Assembly: GCA_041320535.1 (NCBI GenBank) | Contig: JBGLNH010000001.1 | Location: 1,210,490-1,274,489 of the forward strand | Reading direction: 5' to 3' | Length of the DNA: 64,000 bases | Source: Candidatus Aminicenantes bacterium | GTDB lineage: Bacteria > Acidobacteriota > Aminicenantia > Aminicenantales > Saccharicenantaceae | Part shown: in pieces, positions 39,374 through 48,954 of the stretch | Numbering within the stretch: the first letter of the stretch is position 1 | Layout: each line of letters opens with the position of its first letter | The notes under the pieces: generated by a model | The model's database searches: none | What the model saw: the letters and a program-made list of their open reading frames with translations, nothing else | Told to the model about the DNA's origin: nothing | Position numbers and translations under genes: made by a program

Positions 39374-39504
39374 GAGCCCGACTTATAACACAGCGTCTTG
39401 CGGGAAGTCAAAACGGGGGGCGGCCGGCGGGAAGGCCCTCCGTTTCGTTCCCTTCGGGCCCGAGTTCTGTTAGAATCGGCCCGGATGGAACCCAGGGAGG
39501 CCTG

Positions 39505-41292
39505 ATGAAGCGGATCGGGGGGGCCGAGCTCAGGCCCACGGACATCGTCGCCCTCGGCGGCCTCGCCGGCCTGACCCTCCTCTCCGTCGTGTTCGTCGGG
39601 CGCCTCGAGCGGCCGGCCCTCGTCCTCGGCCCCAACCTCGCGTTCATCGCCCTCTACGCCGGCTCGCTGGCGCTCCTGGCGCGGCTGCGGCACCCGTGGC
39701 CCCGGTTCCTCGTCCGGACCGCCGCGGTCCAGCTGACCTTCCTCCAGATCTACCAGGCCGCCAACCGCCTCCAGCTCCTCTTCTTCGGCTGGCAGGACGA
39801 CCGCGTGCTCGCCTGGGAGCGGGCGGTCTTCGGCGTCCAGCCGGTCGTGGCCGTCCAGAAGCTCTATTCTCCCCCGCTGACCGAGTGGATGTTCTTCGTC
39901 TACGTCGTTTACGTCGTCATCTATCCCCTCCTCGGCGGGATCATCTTCTTCAGGCGCGGCGAGGCGGCCAACGAGGACTACCTCTTCCATCTCGGCCTGG
40001 TCAACCTGGTCTGCGCCGTCGGCTTCATCCTCTTTCCGGTGGCCAGCCCGATGTACTGGGACAAGGTCCGCCCGCTGCTGACGGAGCCGCTGGCCGCCGG
40101 CCCCTTCGGCGCCGCGGCCGAGTGGATCCGGTCCAACGTCCACCAGCCCGGCGGCTCCATCCCCAGCCCCCACTGCGCCGTGGCCACGGTCATGTGGTTC
40201 ATGGCCCGCAAGTACACGGCCCGGGGCTTCCTCTGGCTGGCCCCGGTCATCCTGTCGCTCTACGTCGCGACGGTCTACGGGCGATTCCATTACGGCTCCC
40301 ACGCCGTCGCCGGCGTCGCCGCCCCCCTCGGCTCCAATCTCTGCCGCTTCCTCCGCGGGCGGGGCTGGGAGGTCGACGCGCTCGTCCGGAAGAGCTCCGA
40401 CCTGCGCTTCCTCGAGGGCCTCGACGTCCGGCTGGTCGAGGGCGACCTCCTCTCTGCCGGGCGGATCGACGTTCCCGCCGCGACGACCCACGTCGTCCAC
40501 GCCGCCTCGACCGTCTCCGACACGGCCTCCGACGAGGCCTGCGCCCGGAACATCTACGACGCGACCCGGGGCTTGGTCCGCCGTCTCCGGGAGACGGCGG
40601 CGCCGCTCGGCCGTTTCGTCTACGTCTCGACCGCGCTGACCCTCGGCTTCGACGGGACCGGGATCTCCGAGGAGCGCCCGGGCCGGTCGGCGGCCTTCGT
40701 GCCCTACGTCCGCCACAAGATCCGGACGGAGAACGAGCTCCGGGACCAGCGCGCCGCCCGGGGCTTCCCGGTCGTCATCCTCCGGCCGGGGGACGTCTTC
40801 GGGCCGAACGACCGCGTCTCCTCGGCCCGGATGCTCGCCCACTGCGAGCGGGGGCTGCCCCTGGTCATCGGGAGCGGCCGCTGGCGCTTCCCGTACTGCC
40901 ACGTCGACAACTTCTGCCGGGCGGCCGAGCAGGCCCTGGTCACGGAGGGGATCGAGGGCCGGGCCTACGCCGTGACGAACGGCGTCCTGCCGACCTGGCG
41001 GGAGATGTTCCACGCGTTCCAGAGCGGCGTCGGGAAGAAGCAGCGCCTCTATGTCCCGGTCCAGGCGGTCAAGCTGGCGACCGCGGTGGCGGGCCTGATC
41101 AGGGCCGTCCGGCCCGGTTCCGAGCCGACCCTCACCCGCTACCGGGTCCGGCGGGCCACGTCGGAGACGACCTACGACATCTCGAGGACGGTCGACGAGC
41201 TCGGCTACAGGCCCGACGACGACTACGCGCGTCAGTTCGCCGGGATCGTCGACTGGTACCTGGAGGAGAAGGAACGTGACCGGAAGCCTTGA
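39505..41292 (+). CDS. single ORF joining a PAP2_C-like membrane domain to an NAD-dependent epimerase/dehydratase domain
   Basis: Residues 1-270 are multi-TM with IPSPH and RFHYGSHAVAG motifs. From ~40320 the sequence reads ..APLGSNLCRFLRGRGWEV.. (extended-SDR fold). The canonical VLVTGxxG strand is not evident. Confidence 0.6.
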   Translation: MKRIGGAELRPTDIVALGGLAGLTLLSVVFVGRLERPALVLGPNLAFIALYAGSLALLARLRHPWPRFLVRTAAVQLTFLQIYQAANRLQLLFFGWQDDRVLAWERAVFGVQPVVAVQKLYSPPLTEWMFFVYVVYVVIYPLLGGIIFFRRGEAANEDYLFHLGLVNLVCAVGFILFPVASPMYWDKVRPLLTEPLAAGPFGAAAEWIRSNVHQPGGSIPSPHCAVATVMWFMARKYTARGFLWLAPVILSLYVATVYGRFHYGSHAVAGVAAPLGSNLCRFLRGRGWEVDALVRKSSDLRFLEGLDVRLVEGDLLSAGRIDVPAATTHVVHAASTVSDTASDEACARNIYDATRGLVRRLRETAAPLGRFVYVSTALTLGFDGTGISEERPGRSAAFVPYVRHKIRTENELRDQRAARGFPVVILRPGDVFGPNDRVSSARMLAHCERGLPLVIGSGRWRFPYCHVDNFCRAAEQALVTEGIEGRAYAVTNGVLPTWREMFHAFQSGVGKKQRLYVPVQAVKLATAVAGLIRAVRPGSEPTLTRYRVRRATSETTYDISRTVDELGYRPDDDYARQFAGIVDWYLEEKERDRKP

Positions 41293-41980
41293 GCAAGCGA
41301 CCGCGTTGGGGAGCACGGCCCTGGCCTTCGTCTACTTGGAGCTCATCGTCGGCCTGGCCCTCGTCGCGACGGTCCTCCACTTCCGGCGCCGTCTCGGCAC
41401 GTCCGGCGAGCTCGAGGCCGTGCGCCGCTACTTCCGGGCCTTTTTCCTCCTGCTCCTCGCCCTGCCCTGCCTCCTCGTACTCCTCGTCTCCCCCCAGCCG
41501 GCGGCGACGCTCGAAGCGTTCGGGTGGACGCTCGGGCGCGCGGGCCGCGGGCTGACCCTGACCTTCGTCCTGCTGCCTCTGGCCGCGCTCTTCGGCTACA
41601 TCGGCTCCCGGGACGAGCTGATGCGCGCTATGTACCCCCTGGCCAAGGCCGCCTGCGCCGACGCCCGGACCTTCGCCTCCTACGAGCTCTCGTATTTCTT
41701 CCTCTATTACGTGCCCTGGGAGTTCGTCTTCCGCGGCGCCCTCTTCCTGCCGCTCGTCCCGGCCGTCGGGCTGGTGCCGGCGCTGATCGTCCAGACCGTG
41801 CTGGCGACGCTCCTCCACTACGGCCATCCCTGGCCCGAGGTCCTGCTGGCCGCCCTCACCGGACCGCCCTTGGGACTTGTCGCCTACGCGACGGGATCGT
41901 TCCTCTACCCGCTCGTCATCCACGCGACGGCGGGGATCGTCCTGGACTCGATCCTCTGCCGTCGGCTCCGCCGCCCTTGA
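41276..41980 (+). CDS. CPBP-family intramembrane glutamic protease (CAAX protease/Abi-like)
   Basis: Multi-TM with the EFVFRG motif and a later LLHYGH motif. GTG start overlaps the previous gene by 17 nt. Confidence 0.75.
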   Translation: MTGSLEQATALGSTALAFVYLELIVGLALVATVLHFRRRLGTSGELEAVRRYFRAFFLLLLALPCLLVLLVSPQPAATLEAFGWTLGRAGRGLTLTFVLLPLAALFGYIGSRDELMRAMYPLAKAACADARTFASYELSYFFLYYVPWEFVFRGALFLPLVPAVGLVPALIVQTVLATLLHYGHPWPEVLLAALTGPPLGLVAYATGSFLYPLVIHATAGIVLDSILCRRLRRP

Positions 41981-42010
41981 AAGAGAAAGCAGGTTTGACC
42001 CCCTCTTTGC

Positions 42011-43912
42011 TCAGCGGACGCGGACGGGCAGGACGAGGCGCGACGGGAATTCCGCGGAGCGGTAGACGCGCTGGGCGGCCGGGCGGAAATCCGACTCCTC
42101 GGCCAGGAAGATGTTCTCGACGAAGGTCTGGGGGTTCCTGTCGATGAGAGGGAACCAGGTGCTCTGGACCTGGACCATGATCCTGTGCCCCTTGAGGAAG
42201 CGGTGGTCGACGGCGTGGAGGTCGACCGTGAACTCGGCCACCCGGCCCGGCTCCAAAGGCGCGGGCCTCTCGAAGCTCTCGCGGAACCGGCCCCGGAAGA
42301 CCTCGCCGGCGATCATCAGCTGATAGCCGCCCATCGTCGGATCGTCGGGGCAGTCCTCCGGATAGACGTCGATCAGCTTGACGATCCAATCGCTGTCCGA
42401 TCCCGTCGTCGAGGCGAACAGCCGCGCGGTGACGCGGCCGGTGACCGTGACGTCCTCGGCGAGCGGCCCGGTCTCCCAGCTGAGGACGTCCGGACGCAGG
42501 TGGGCGAAGCGCTGATCGCCGACGAGCCAGTTCCGCCAGCCCGAACCGCGAGGGTCGTAGGTGGCCTCGATCGGCCGCGGCCGATAGGGCACGGGACGGG
42601 CGGGGTCGGAGACGTAGCTGTCGAAAGCCCCGCCGCCCTCCCCCGCCGGCGGCTCGAAGGCCAGTCTCCCGGCTTCGCGGAAGTAGAGCCCGCGGTCCTC
42701 GGTCAGGCCGCGGGGCGGCCATTCGTCGTAGACCCGCCAGGCGTTGGCGCCCGTCTGGAAGGTGACGGCCTCTTCGACCTCCCAGCCCTCCCGGTCCTTC
42801 AGGAAGCGGGCGAAGAACGGCGCCTCGATCCTCTCCCGGTAATGGACGGACGTGTCGGCGCCGAACTTGATCCGGCCGAGGGCCCGGCCGTCGCCCCGGG
42901 CCCATCCGCCGTGGTTCCAGGGACCGCCGACGAAGAAGCTGATCCCGCGGTCGTCGAGCGGCTCGAGCGTCTCGTAGAGCTTCTGCGGCCCGTAGAGGTC
43001 CTCCTGGTCCCACCAGCCGCCGACGGTCAGGGTCGGCACCGTCACCCGGGTCAGGTTGGGGGCCAGGGCCTGTCTCCGCCAGAACGCGTCGTAGTTCGGG
43101 TGGGCGACGAAATCGTTCCAGGTCGGGATGGCGCCGCGCAGGTGGAGCTCGTCGACCGCCGCGAGCGGCCCGAGCCGGAGGTACCACTCGAAGGTGTCGT
43201 AGCGGTCGAAGCGGAAGTTCGTCTGCTCCTTGGTCGTCTCCATCCTCGTCGCGTACTCGAAGCCGTAGCTCAGCCGGAACGCGCCGTTGTGGTGGAAGTC
43301 GTCGCCGAGGTACATGTCCGCGGGCGGGGCCTGAGGCGAGACGGCCCGCACGGCCGGGTGGGGGTCGATCATCGCCATGGCCGTCAGCCAGCCGTCGTAG
43401 GAGACGCCCTTCATGCCGACCCGGCCGTTGTGCCCGGGGACGTTGGCCAGCAGCCAGGCGACGGTGTCGTAGGCGTCCGTGCTCTCGTCGACGGCCCGGG
43501 CGTCGGCGCGGTCGCGCGGCGGCCGCATCATGACGAACCGGCCCCCGGACCTGTAGCGGCCGCGGATGTCCTGGAAGACGAAGATGTAGCCGTCGGCGGC
43601 CAGCGCGCGGTATGGATCGGCCTGGAGCGCCTGGGCCGAGGCCGGGACCCCGTAGGGCGTCCTGACGTACATGAAGGGCAGCGGCGCCGCGGCCGTCCTC
43701 GGGGCGAAAACGACCGTGTGGAGCGCGACCCCGTCGCGCATCGGGACCATGGCCCGGACCTCGCTGAACTCCCGCGCCGGCGCCTTGGCCGGGGCCTGGC
43801 CGGAGGCGGCCGGCCCGCCGGCGGCCGCGGCGAGCCCGCAGAGCAGGAGCGACACGGCGGCAAGACACAGGGCGGCCAGACGCGCCCGGCCTCTCGAGGG
43901 ATGGTTCGTCAT
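42011..43912 (-). CDS. CocE/NonD-family hydrolase (X-Pro dipeptidyl-peptidase S15-like), secreted
   Basis: 633 aa. Signal peptide, nucleophile elbow GVSYDG, and a C-terminal beta-sandwich-like region. RBS AGGAG. Confidence 0.85.
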   Translation of the reverse strand: MTNHPSRGRARLAALCLAAVSLLLCGLAAAAGGPAASGQAPAKAPAREFSEVRAMVPMRDGVALHTVVFAPRTAAAPLPFMYVRTPYGVPASAQALQADPYRALAADGYIFVFQDIRGRYRSGGRFVMMRPPRDRADARAVDESTDAYDTVAWLLANVPGHNGRVGMKGVSYDGWLTAMAMIDPHPAVRAVSPQAPPADMYLGDDFHHNGAFRLSYGFEYATRMETTKEQTNFRFDRYDTFEWYLRLGPLAAVDELHLRGAIPTWNDFVAHPNYDAFWRRQALAPNLTRVTVPTLTVGGWWDQEDLYGPQKLYETLEPLDDRGISFFVGGPWNHGGWARGDGRALGRIKFGADTSVHYRERIEAPFFARFLKDREGWEVEEAVTFQTGANAWRVYDEWPPRGLTEDRGLYFREAGRLAFEPPAGEGGGAFDSYVSDPARPVPYRPRPIEATYDPRGSGWRNWLVGDQRFAHLRPDVLSWETGPLAEDVTVTGRVTARLFASTTGSDSDWIVKLIDVYPEDCPDDPTMGGYQLMIAGEVFRGRFRESFERPAPLEPGRVAEFTVDLHAVDHRFLKGHRIMVQVQSTWFPLIDRNPQTFVENIFLAEESDFRPAAQRVYRSAEFPSRLVLPVRVR

Positions 43913-43983
43913 GAGAACACTCCTGACCGGAGGATGCGCCTCGATGATAGCCCCGGCCTCTGTCGCGAGTCAACCGGCATTCC

Positions 43984-44013
43984 TTGACAGGCTTTCCCGG
44001 CCGAGTCTATACT
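43984..44013 (+). promoter_or_regulatory. sigma70-type promoter, TTGACA-18 nt-TATACT
   Basis: Hexamers at 43984-43989 and 44008-44013, 38 nt upstream of the ABC ATPase ATG. Confidence 0.55.
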
Positions 44014-44050
44014 GGCGCCGGCCCGGACGCTCCGGGCGGATCTCCCGACG

Positions 44051-44986
44051 ATGACCGAAGACGCAGCCGCCATCCAGGTCCACTCCCTGGTCAAGTCGTA
44101 CGGCCGGCTTCGCGCCGTCGACGGCGTCGATTTCTCCGTCCGCCCCGGCGAGATCTTCGGCCTGATCGGCCCGAACGGGGCCGGCAAGACGACGACGATC
44201 GAATGCCTGGAGGGTCTGCGCGCCGCGGACGGCGGCCGGGTCCGCGTCCTCGGGCTCGATCCGGCGGCCGACGGCCAGGAGCTCCGCGAGCGGATCGGCG
44301 TGCAGCTCCAGCAGAGCGCTCTGCCCGACGACATGAAGGTCTGGGAGGCCCTGGATCTCTTCGCTTCGTATTACCGCCGGCCGGCGCCTTGGAAGCCGCT
44401 GCTGGAGCGGCTGGGGATCGCCGATAAGCGCCAGACCCGTTTCGCCAGGCTCTCGGGCGGCCAGAAGCAGCGCCTGTTCATCGCCCTGGCCCTCGTCAAC
44501 GACCCGGAGCTCGTCTTCCTCGACGAGCTCACGACCGGTCTCGACCCGCACGCCCGAAGGTCCATGTGGGACCTGGTCAAGGGCATCCGCGAGCGGGGGA
44601 AGACCGTTCTCCTGACGACCCACTTCATGGAGGAGGCCGAGTTCCTCTGCGACCGGGTCCTGGTGCTCGACCACGGGCGGATCGTGGCCCTGGATTCGCC
44701 GTCCGAGCTCGTCCGCGGCCTGGCCCGGGAGGTCCGCGTCCTGTTCACCGTCGAGTCTCCGCTCGAAGCCGCGGCCCTCCGGGCCGTCCCCGGCGTCTCC
44801 CGCGTCGAGGTCAACGGGAGCCGGGTCCTGGTCGAGGGCCGGGGCGACCGGCTGATCTGTCTCGTCGTCAACGCCCTCGACGCCCGGTCCGTCCGGTTCC
44901 GCGACCTGCGCACCGAGCAGGCCGGCCTCGAGGACGTCTTCCTGGCTCTCACGGCCCGGCCGGGCCCCGACGGAGGAGCGCGGTGA
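44051..44986 (+). CDS. ABC transporter ATP-binding protein (ABC-2/DrrA-like)
   Basis: Walker A GPNGAGKTT, signature LSGGQKQRL, Walker B LVFLDE. Confidence 0.9.
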   Translation: MTEDAAAIQVHSLVKSYGRLRAVDGVDFSVRPGEIFGLIGPNGAGKTTTIECLEGLRAADGGRVRVLGLDPAADGQELRERIGVQLQQSALPDDMKVWEALDLFASYYRRPAPWKPLLERLGIADKRQTRFARLSGGQKQRLFIALALVNDPELVFLDELTTGLDPHARRSMWDLVKGIRERGKTVLLTTHFMEEAEFLCDRVLVLDHGRIVALDSPSELVRGLAREVRVLFTVESPLEAAALRAVPGVSRVEVNGSRVLVEGRGDRLICLVVNALDARSVRFRDLRTEQAGLEDVFLALTARPGPDGGAR

Positions 44987-45726
44987 GGGGATTCTGGAAG
45001 CTGGCCCTGGTGGAGATCAAGATCTACCTCAGGCAGCCGGAGGCCGCCTTCTTCACCCTCGCTTTCCCCCTGGTCCTCCTGTTCATCTTCGGCAGCATCT
45101 ACGGCAACGCGCCGAACGAGCTCTTCGGGGGCCGCGGCATGGTCGACGTCAGCACGCCGGCCTACCTGGCCATGATCATCGGCTCGACCGGCTTGCTTTC
45201 CATCGCCATTTCCATCTCGAGCTACCGCGAGAAGGGCGTCCTCAGGCGCTACCGCGCGACCCCCCTGCGCCCGGCGGCCGTCCTGGCCTCCCAGGTCGTC
45301 GTCCACTTCCTGATGACGCTCGTCGGGGCCGTCCTCCTCATCGCTTCGGCCCGGGCGGTCTACGGCCTGCGCTTTCCGGGCCGGGCCGGCCCGGTCGCCC
45401 TCGGCTTCGCCCTGAGCGCCTTGAGCTTCTTCGCCGTGGGCTTCCTCGTGGCCAGCCTGGCGCGCACGGCCCGGGCCGCCTATATCGTGGGCTTGGTGCT
45501 GTACTTCCCCAACCTGTTCCTGTCCGGGGCGACCATCCCCAAGGAGACCTTCCCGCCCGCCATCCGATCGGCCGGCAAGTTCATCCCCCTCACTCATGTC
45601 GTCGACCTTCTCCAGGGTCTCTGGTTCGGCGACCCCTGGGGACGTCACGCGCTCGCCATCGGCGTCCTGGCCGGCCTGTTCGTCCTCGGCGTGGCGGTCT
45701 CGGCCAAGGCCTTCCGCTGGGAATAG
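44983..45726 (+). CDS. ABC-2 type transporter permease
   Basis: GTG at 44983 overlaps the ATPase stop (GTGA). Six hydrophobic helices, in the frame of ORF 44566..45726. Confidence 0.75.
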   Translation: MRGFWKLALVEIKIYLRQPEAAFFTLAFPLVLLFIFGSIYGNAPNELFGGRGMVDVSTPAYLAMIIGSTGLLSIAISISSYREKGVLRRYRATPLRPAAVLASQVVVHFLMTLVGAVLLIASARAVYGLRFPGRAGPVALGFALSALSFFAVGFLVASLARTARAAYIVGLVLYFPNLFLSGATIPKETFPPAIRSAGKFIPLTHVVDLLQGLWFGDPWGRHALAIGVLAGLFVLGVAVSAKAFRWE

Positions 45727-45765
45727 AAGCCCCGGCCGGCGAGCGGGACGGGGGCGGCTCTTTCA

Positions 45766-45794
45766 TTGACAGCGGGGCATCCTTCGTTTAAGAA
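45766..45794 (+). promoter_or_regulatory. sigma70-type promoter candidate, TTGACA-17 nt-TAAGAA
   Basis: Hexamers at 45766-45771 and 45789-45794. This argues that the hydroxylase gene starts at ATG 45815 rather than 45794. Confidence 0.45.
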
Positions 45795-46270
45795 TGTTGT
45801 TCGGGGATATCACGATGACGTCAGCCCTGGCCGTCCTGCTCGCCCTCGCGGTCGCCGCCGCCATGGAGGCGGTCGCCTGGGCGACCCACAAGTACGTCAT
45901 GCACGGCTGGCTTTGGGTCCTCCACGAGGACCATCACCGGCCGCACGGCCGCGGCCTGCAGAAGAACGACCTCTTCGCCGTCTTTTTCGCCGTGCCCTCC
46001 TTCCTCCTGTTCCTCTGGGGGAGCGGGGCCGGGGGCTGGGCGGCCTCGGCGGCCGGGGCCGGGCTGGCCCTCTACGGTCTCGGCTACTTTCTTTTCCACG
46101 ACGTCATGTTCCACAAGCGCGTCCCCTGGCTGCGGCTCCGGCCTTCGACCTTCTACCTGCGCCGGATCGTCCGCGGCCACGCCGACCACCACCAGACCTT
46201 CGGCCGGGGCGAGGCGCGATCGTTCGGCTTCCTCTACGCCCCGCCGCGGTTCGATGTGCGGGACGGATGA
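45794..46270 (+). CDS. fatty-acid-hydroxylase-superfamily enzyme, beta-carotene hydroxylase (CrtZ)-like
   Basis: Histidine boxes HEDHH, HDVMFH and HADHHQ in a small 4-TM protein. The probable true start is 45815. Confidence 0.7.
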   Translation: MLFGDITMTSALAVLLALAVAAAMEAVAWATHKYVMHGWLWVLHEDHHRPHGRGLQKNDLFAVFFAVPSFLLFLWGSGAGGWAASAAGAGLALYGLGYFLFHDVMFHKRVPWLRLRPSTFYLRRIVRGHADHHQTFGRGEARSFGFLYAPPRFDVRDG

Positions 46271-46280
46271 GGGGCCGGCG

Positions 46281-47189
46281 ATGAGGATCGTCCTGTCCGA
46301 GACCCTCAGCTACTGCGTCGGCGTGCGGAACACGCTCGAGCTGGCGAACAGGCTCCTGACCGACCACCCCGACCGCCGCTATTACATGCTCGGTGAGATC
46401 GTGCACAACGAGCATGTCATCGAGGGCCTGCGGGCCAAGGGGCTGCGGATCGTCCAGACCCTCGACGAGGTCCCGCCGGGCGGCGTGGTCATCCTGCAGA
46501 GCCACGGCTCGCCGCGCCGGAGATACCGGGAGCTCGAGGAGCGGGGGCTCGAGTACATCGACGCCACCTGCCCCATGGTCGGCCTGATCCACGACAAGGC
46601 CCGGGAGTTCGAGGCGGACGGCCGGACGCTCGTCGTCATCGGCCAGGTCGGCCACGAGGAGATCCAGGGCATCGTCGGGCAGGTCGGCCGGGCCCTGGTC
46701 GTCAAGGACGCCGAGGAGGTGACGCCGGAGAGGTTCCGGGGGATCGCCCGAGCGGGGGTCGTCGTCCAATCGACCTTCATCGAGTCGGAGGCGCGGCGCG
46801 TCCTGGCCCGCATCCGCGAGATCGTCCCCGACGTCGCCTTCCACGACACGATCTGCCGGCCGACCAAAATGCGGCAGCGGGAGGTCGAGGCCCACACGCG
46901 GACGGCCGACTGCGTCGTCGTCGTCGGCTCGCGGCGGAGCGCCAACACCATGCACCTCTTCCGCCTCGCCCGGGCCATCAATCCCTGCACTTACATCGTC
47001 GACGACCCCGAGAGCGTGGAGAGCGTCGCCGTCCCCGACGGGGCCACGGTCTTCATCGCCTCCGGGGCCTCGACCCCGATGGAGCTGATCGTCGAGGTCG
47101 TCCGCCGTCTCGAGGCCCGGGCCGCGCGGGGCGCGGAGCCGGGGTCGTGCGGCGCCGAGCCCGGCCCGGGCGGCGGGTCCCGGCTCTAG
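46281..47189 (+). CDS. ispH: 4-hydroxy-3-methylbut-2-enyl diphosphate reductase
   Basis: ATG at 46281 within ORF 46254..47189. Conserved Cys contexts (SYCVGV, ATCPMV, TICRPT), HNEHV, and ASGASTP. Confidence 0.85.
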   Translation: MRIVLSETLSYCVGVRNTLELANRLLTDHPDRRYYMLGEIVHNEHVIEGLRAKGLRIVQTLDEVPPGGVVILQSHGSPRRRYRELEERGLEYIDATCPMVGLIHDKAREFEADGRTLVVIGQVGHEEIQGIVGQVGRALVVKDAEEVTPERFRGIARAGVVVQSTFIESEARRVLARIREIVPDVAFHDTICRPTKMRQREVEAHTRTADCVVVVGSRRSANTMHLFRLARAINPCTYIVDDPESVESVAVPDGATVFIASGASTPMELIVEVVRRLEARAARGAEPGSCGAEPGPGGGSRL

Positions 47190-47203
47190 CTCCCCGGCCC
47201 CCC

Positions 47204-47228
47204 GGGGAACCAGTTTGCACGGTTCCCC
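47204..47228 (+). terminator. hairpin after ispH (8-bp stem), no U-tract
   Basis: GGGGAACC-agtttgcac-GGTTCCCC. Confidence 0.3.
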
Positions 47229-47373
47229 CCCGCTGCGCGGGTCCCCTCCTCCAGCAACGGGGATCGTCGAGGCAACATCCCTCACCGCCTCGAGAGGGAA
47301 GCCCGGAGATGGGAGAAGAACCATAATATAGGCCGGAGTGATTAACGCGTCATGAAAAGGAAATGAAAAGTCG

Positions 47374-47382
47374 TGATATAAT
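47374..47382 (+). promoter_or_regulatory. extended -10 promoter element, TGaTATAAT
   Basis: Perfect TATAAT at 47377-47382 with TG at 47374-47375, in an AT-rich patch 46 nt upstream of ATG 47428. Confidence 0.4.
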
Positions 47383-47427
47383 CTTTCTTTGTCCGGCTCG
47401 ACGATGCCTTTTCCCGGAGGATCGCCC

Positions 47428-48819
47428 ATGAAAACCCGCGCTAGCGGCGCCGCCCCGGCGGGCGCGGCCGCGTTGACGATCCTCGCCGTGCTGCTGGCCG
47501 TCCCGGGTTCCGCCCGGCAGGCGAAGCCCGCGGCCAAGCCGGCCACCGCCCACCTCGAGGCCTATATCGAGTCCTTCAATTCCGGCAGCCTCGACCGGAT
47601 GAAGGCCTTCTTCGAGGGGCACTTCGCCGCCTCCGCACTCAAACAGGCCCCGGTCGCCCAGCGGCTGACCCGCTACCAGGGGGGCAAGGCGCAGCTCAAG
47701 TCGTTCACGGTCGGCCGGATCGTGGCCGAGCTCGAGTTCCTGTCGATCTTCCTGGTCAAGGCGGGCAGCGGACAGGACCTCCTGCTCCGGGCGACGGTCG
47801 AGAGGACGGCGCCGCACAAGCTCCTGGCCATCGCGGTCGAGCTGGTCGACGACCCGGAGTCGGTCTCCGTCCCCGAGCCCAAGGCGGACGAGAAGGAGTT
47901 CGTCGCGGCGGTCCGCGGCTTCCTCGAGGAGCGTGTCCGGGCGGACGCCTTCTCGGGGGTCGTCCTCGTTGCCAAGGACGCCCGGGTCGTCTTCCACGAG
48001 GCCTACGGCCTGGCCGACCGCGAGGCCAAGGTCCCCAACCGCAAGGACACGCGCTTCAACCTCGGCTCGATCAACAAGAACTTCACCCGCGTCGCGGTCC
48101 ATCAGCTGGCCCGGCAGGGGAAGCTGGCGCTCGACGACACGATCAAGCGCTTCCTTCCCGACTACCCCAACGCCGACGCCGCGGCCAAGGTGACGATCAG
48201 GCACCTGCTCAACATGACCTCGGGCATCGGCGACTTCTTCGGGGCCCGGTACGACGCGACCCCCAAGGAGGGGATCCGGACCCTCCGGGATTATCTACCC
48301 CTCTTCGCCGACCTGCCGCTCGAGTTCGAGCCCGGGACGGACAACCGCTATTCGAACGGCGGCTACATCGTCCTCGGCCTGATCGTCGAGAAGGCCTCCG
48401 GCGTCGATTACTACACCTACGTCCGGGAGAACGTCTTCAAGCCCTGCGGCATGCTGGCTACCGATTTCTTCGCCCGCGACGCCGGCGTCCCCGACGTGGC
48501 CAAAGGCTACACGCTCGAGGGCGGCACGGGGCCCGCGCGCGTCCTCAACCACGACACCCTTCCCGGACGGGGATCGTCCGCGGGCGGGGGATACTCCACG
48601 GCGGAGGACCTGCTGAAGTACGTCCTGGCCCTCAGGGACCGTAAGATCTTGCTGCCCGACGTCGCCGCGGGGCTGGGCATCGCCGGCGGGGCGCCGGGGA
48701 TCAACTCCGTCGTCGAGTGGGACCCGCGCCTGGGCCACATCGTCATCGTGCTGTCGAATTTCGACCCGCCGACGGCCGGCGAGGCCGCCCGGCGGGTCCT
48801 CAGCTGGCTTCCCCATTGA
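47428..48819 (+). CDS. secreted serine hydrolase of the beta-lactamase/PBP (class C-like) family with an extra N-terminal domain
   Basis: ATG at 47428 after RBS GGAGGA. Signal peptide, SxxK motif (SINK), and YxN motif (YSN). Confidence 0.8.
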   Translation: MKTRASGAAPAGAAALTILAVLLAVPGSARQAKPAAKPATAHLEAYIESFNSGSLDRMKAFFEGHFAASALKQAPVAQRLTRYQGGKAQLKSFTVGRIVAELEFLSIFLVKAGSGQDLLLRATVERTAPHKLLAIAVELVDDPESVSVPEPKADEKEFVAAVRGFLEERVRADAFSGVVLVAKDARVVFHEAYGLADREAKVPNRKDTRFNLGSINKNFTRVAVHQLARQGKLALDDTIKRFLPDYPNADAAAKVTIRHLLNMTSGIGDFFGARYDATPKEGIRTLRDYLPLFADLPLEFEPGTDNRYSNGGYIVLGLIVEKASGVDYYTYVRENVFKPCGMLATDFFARDAGVPDVAKGYTLEGGTGPARVLNHDTLPGRGSSAGGGYSTAEDLLKYVLALRDRKILLPDVAAGLGIAGGAPGINSVVEWDPRLGHIVIVLSNFDPPTAGEAARRVLSWLPH

Positions 48820-48954
48820 CGGAGGACGGGCCGGCCATCCGGACGGGACGCCCGCCCGGCGAGGAAGTTTCCGCGGGCGGCGTCGTCTAAAACCATCTCC
48901 GGGCATAATGCCGTTTTCCGCCCGTCTCGCCGGGCGCTCCGAGGAGTCGAACGA

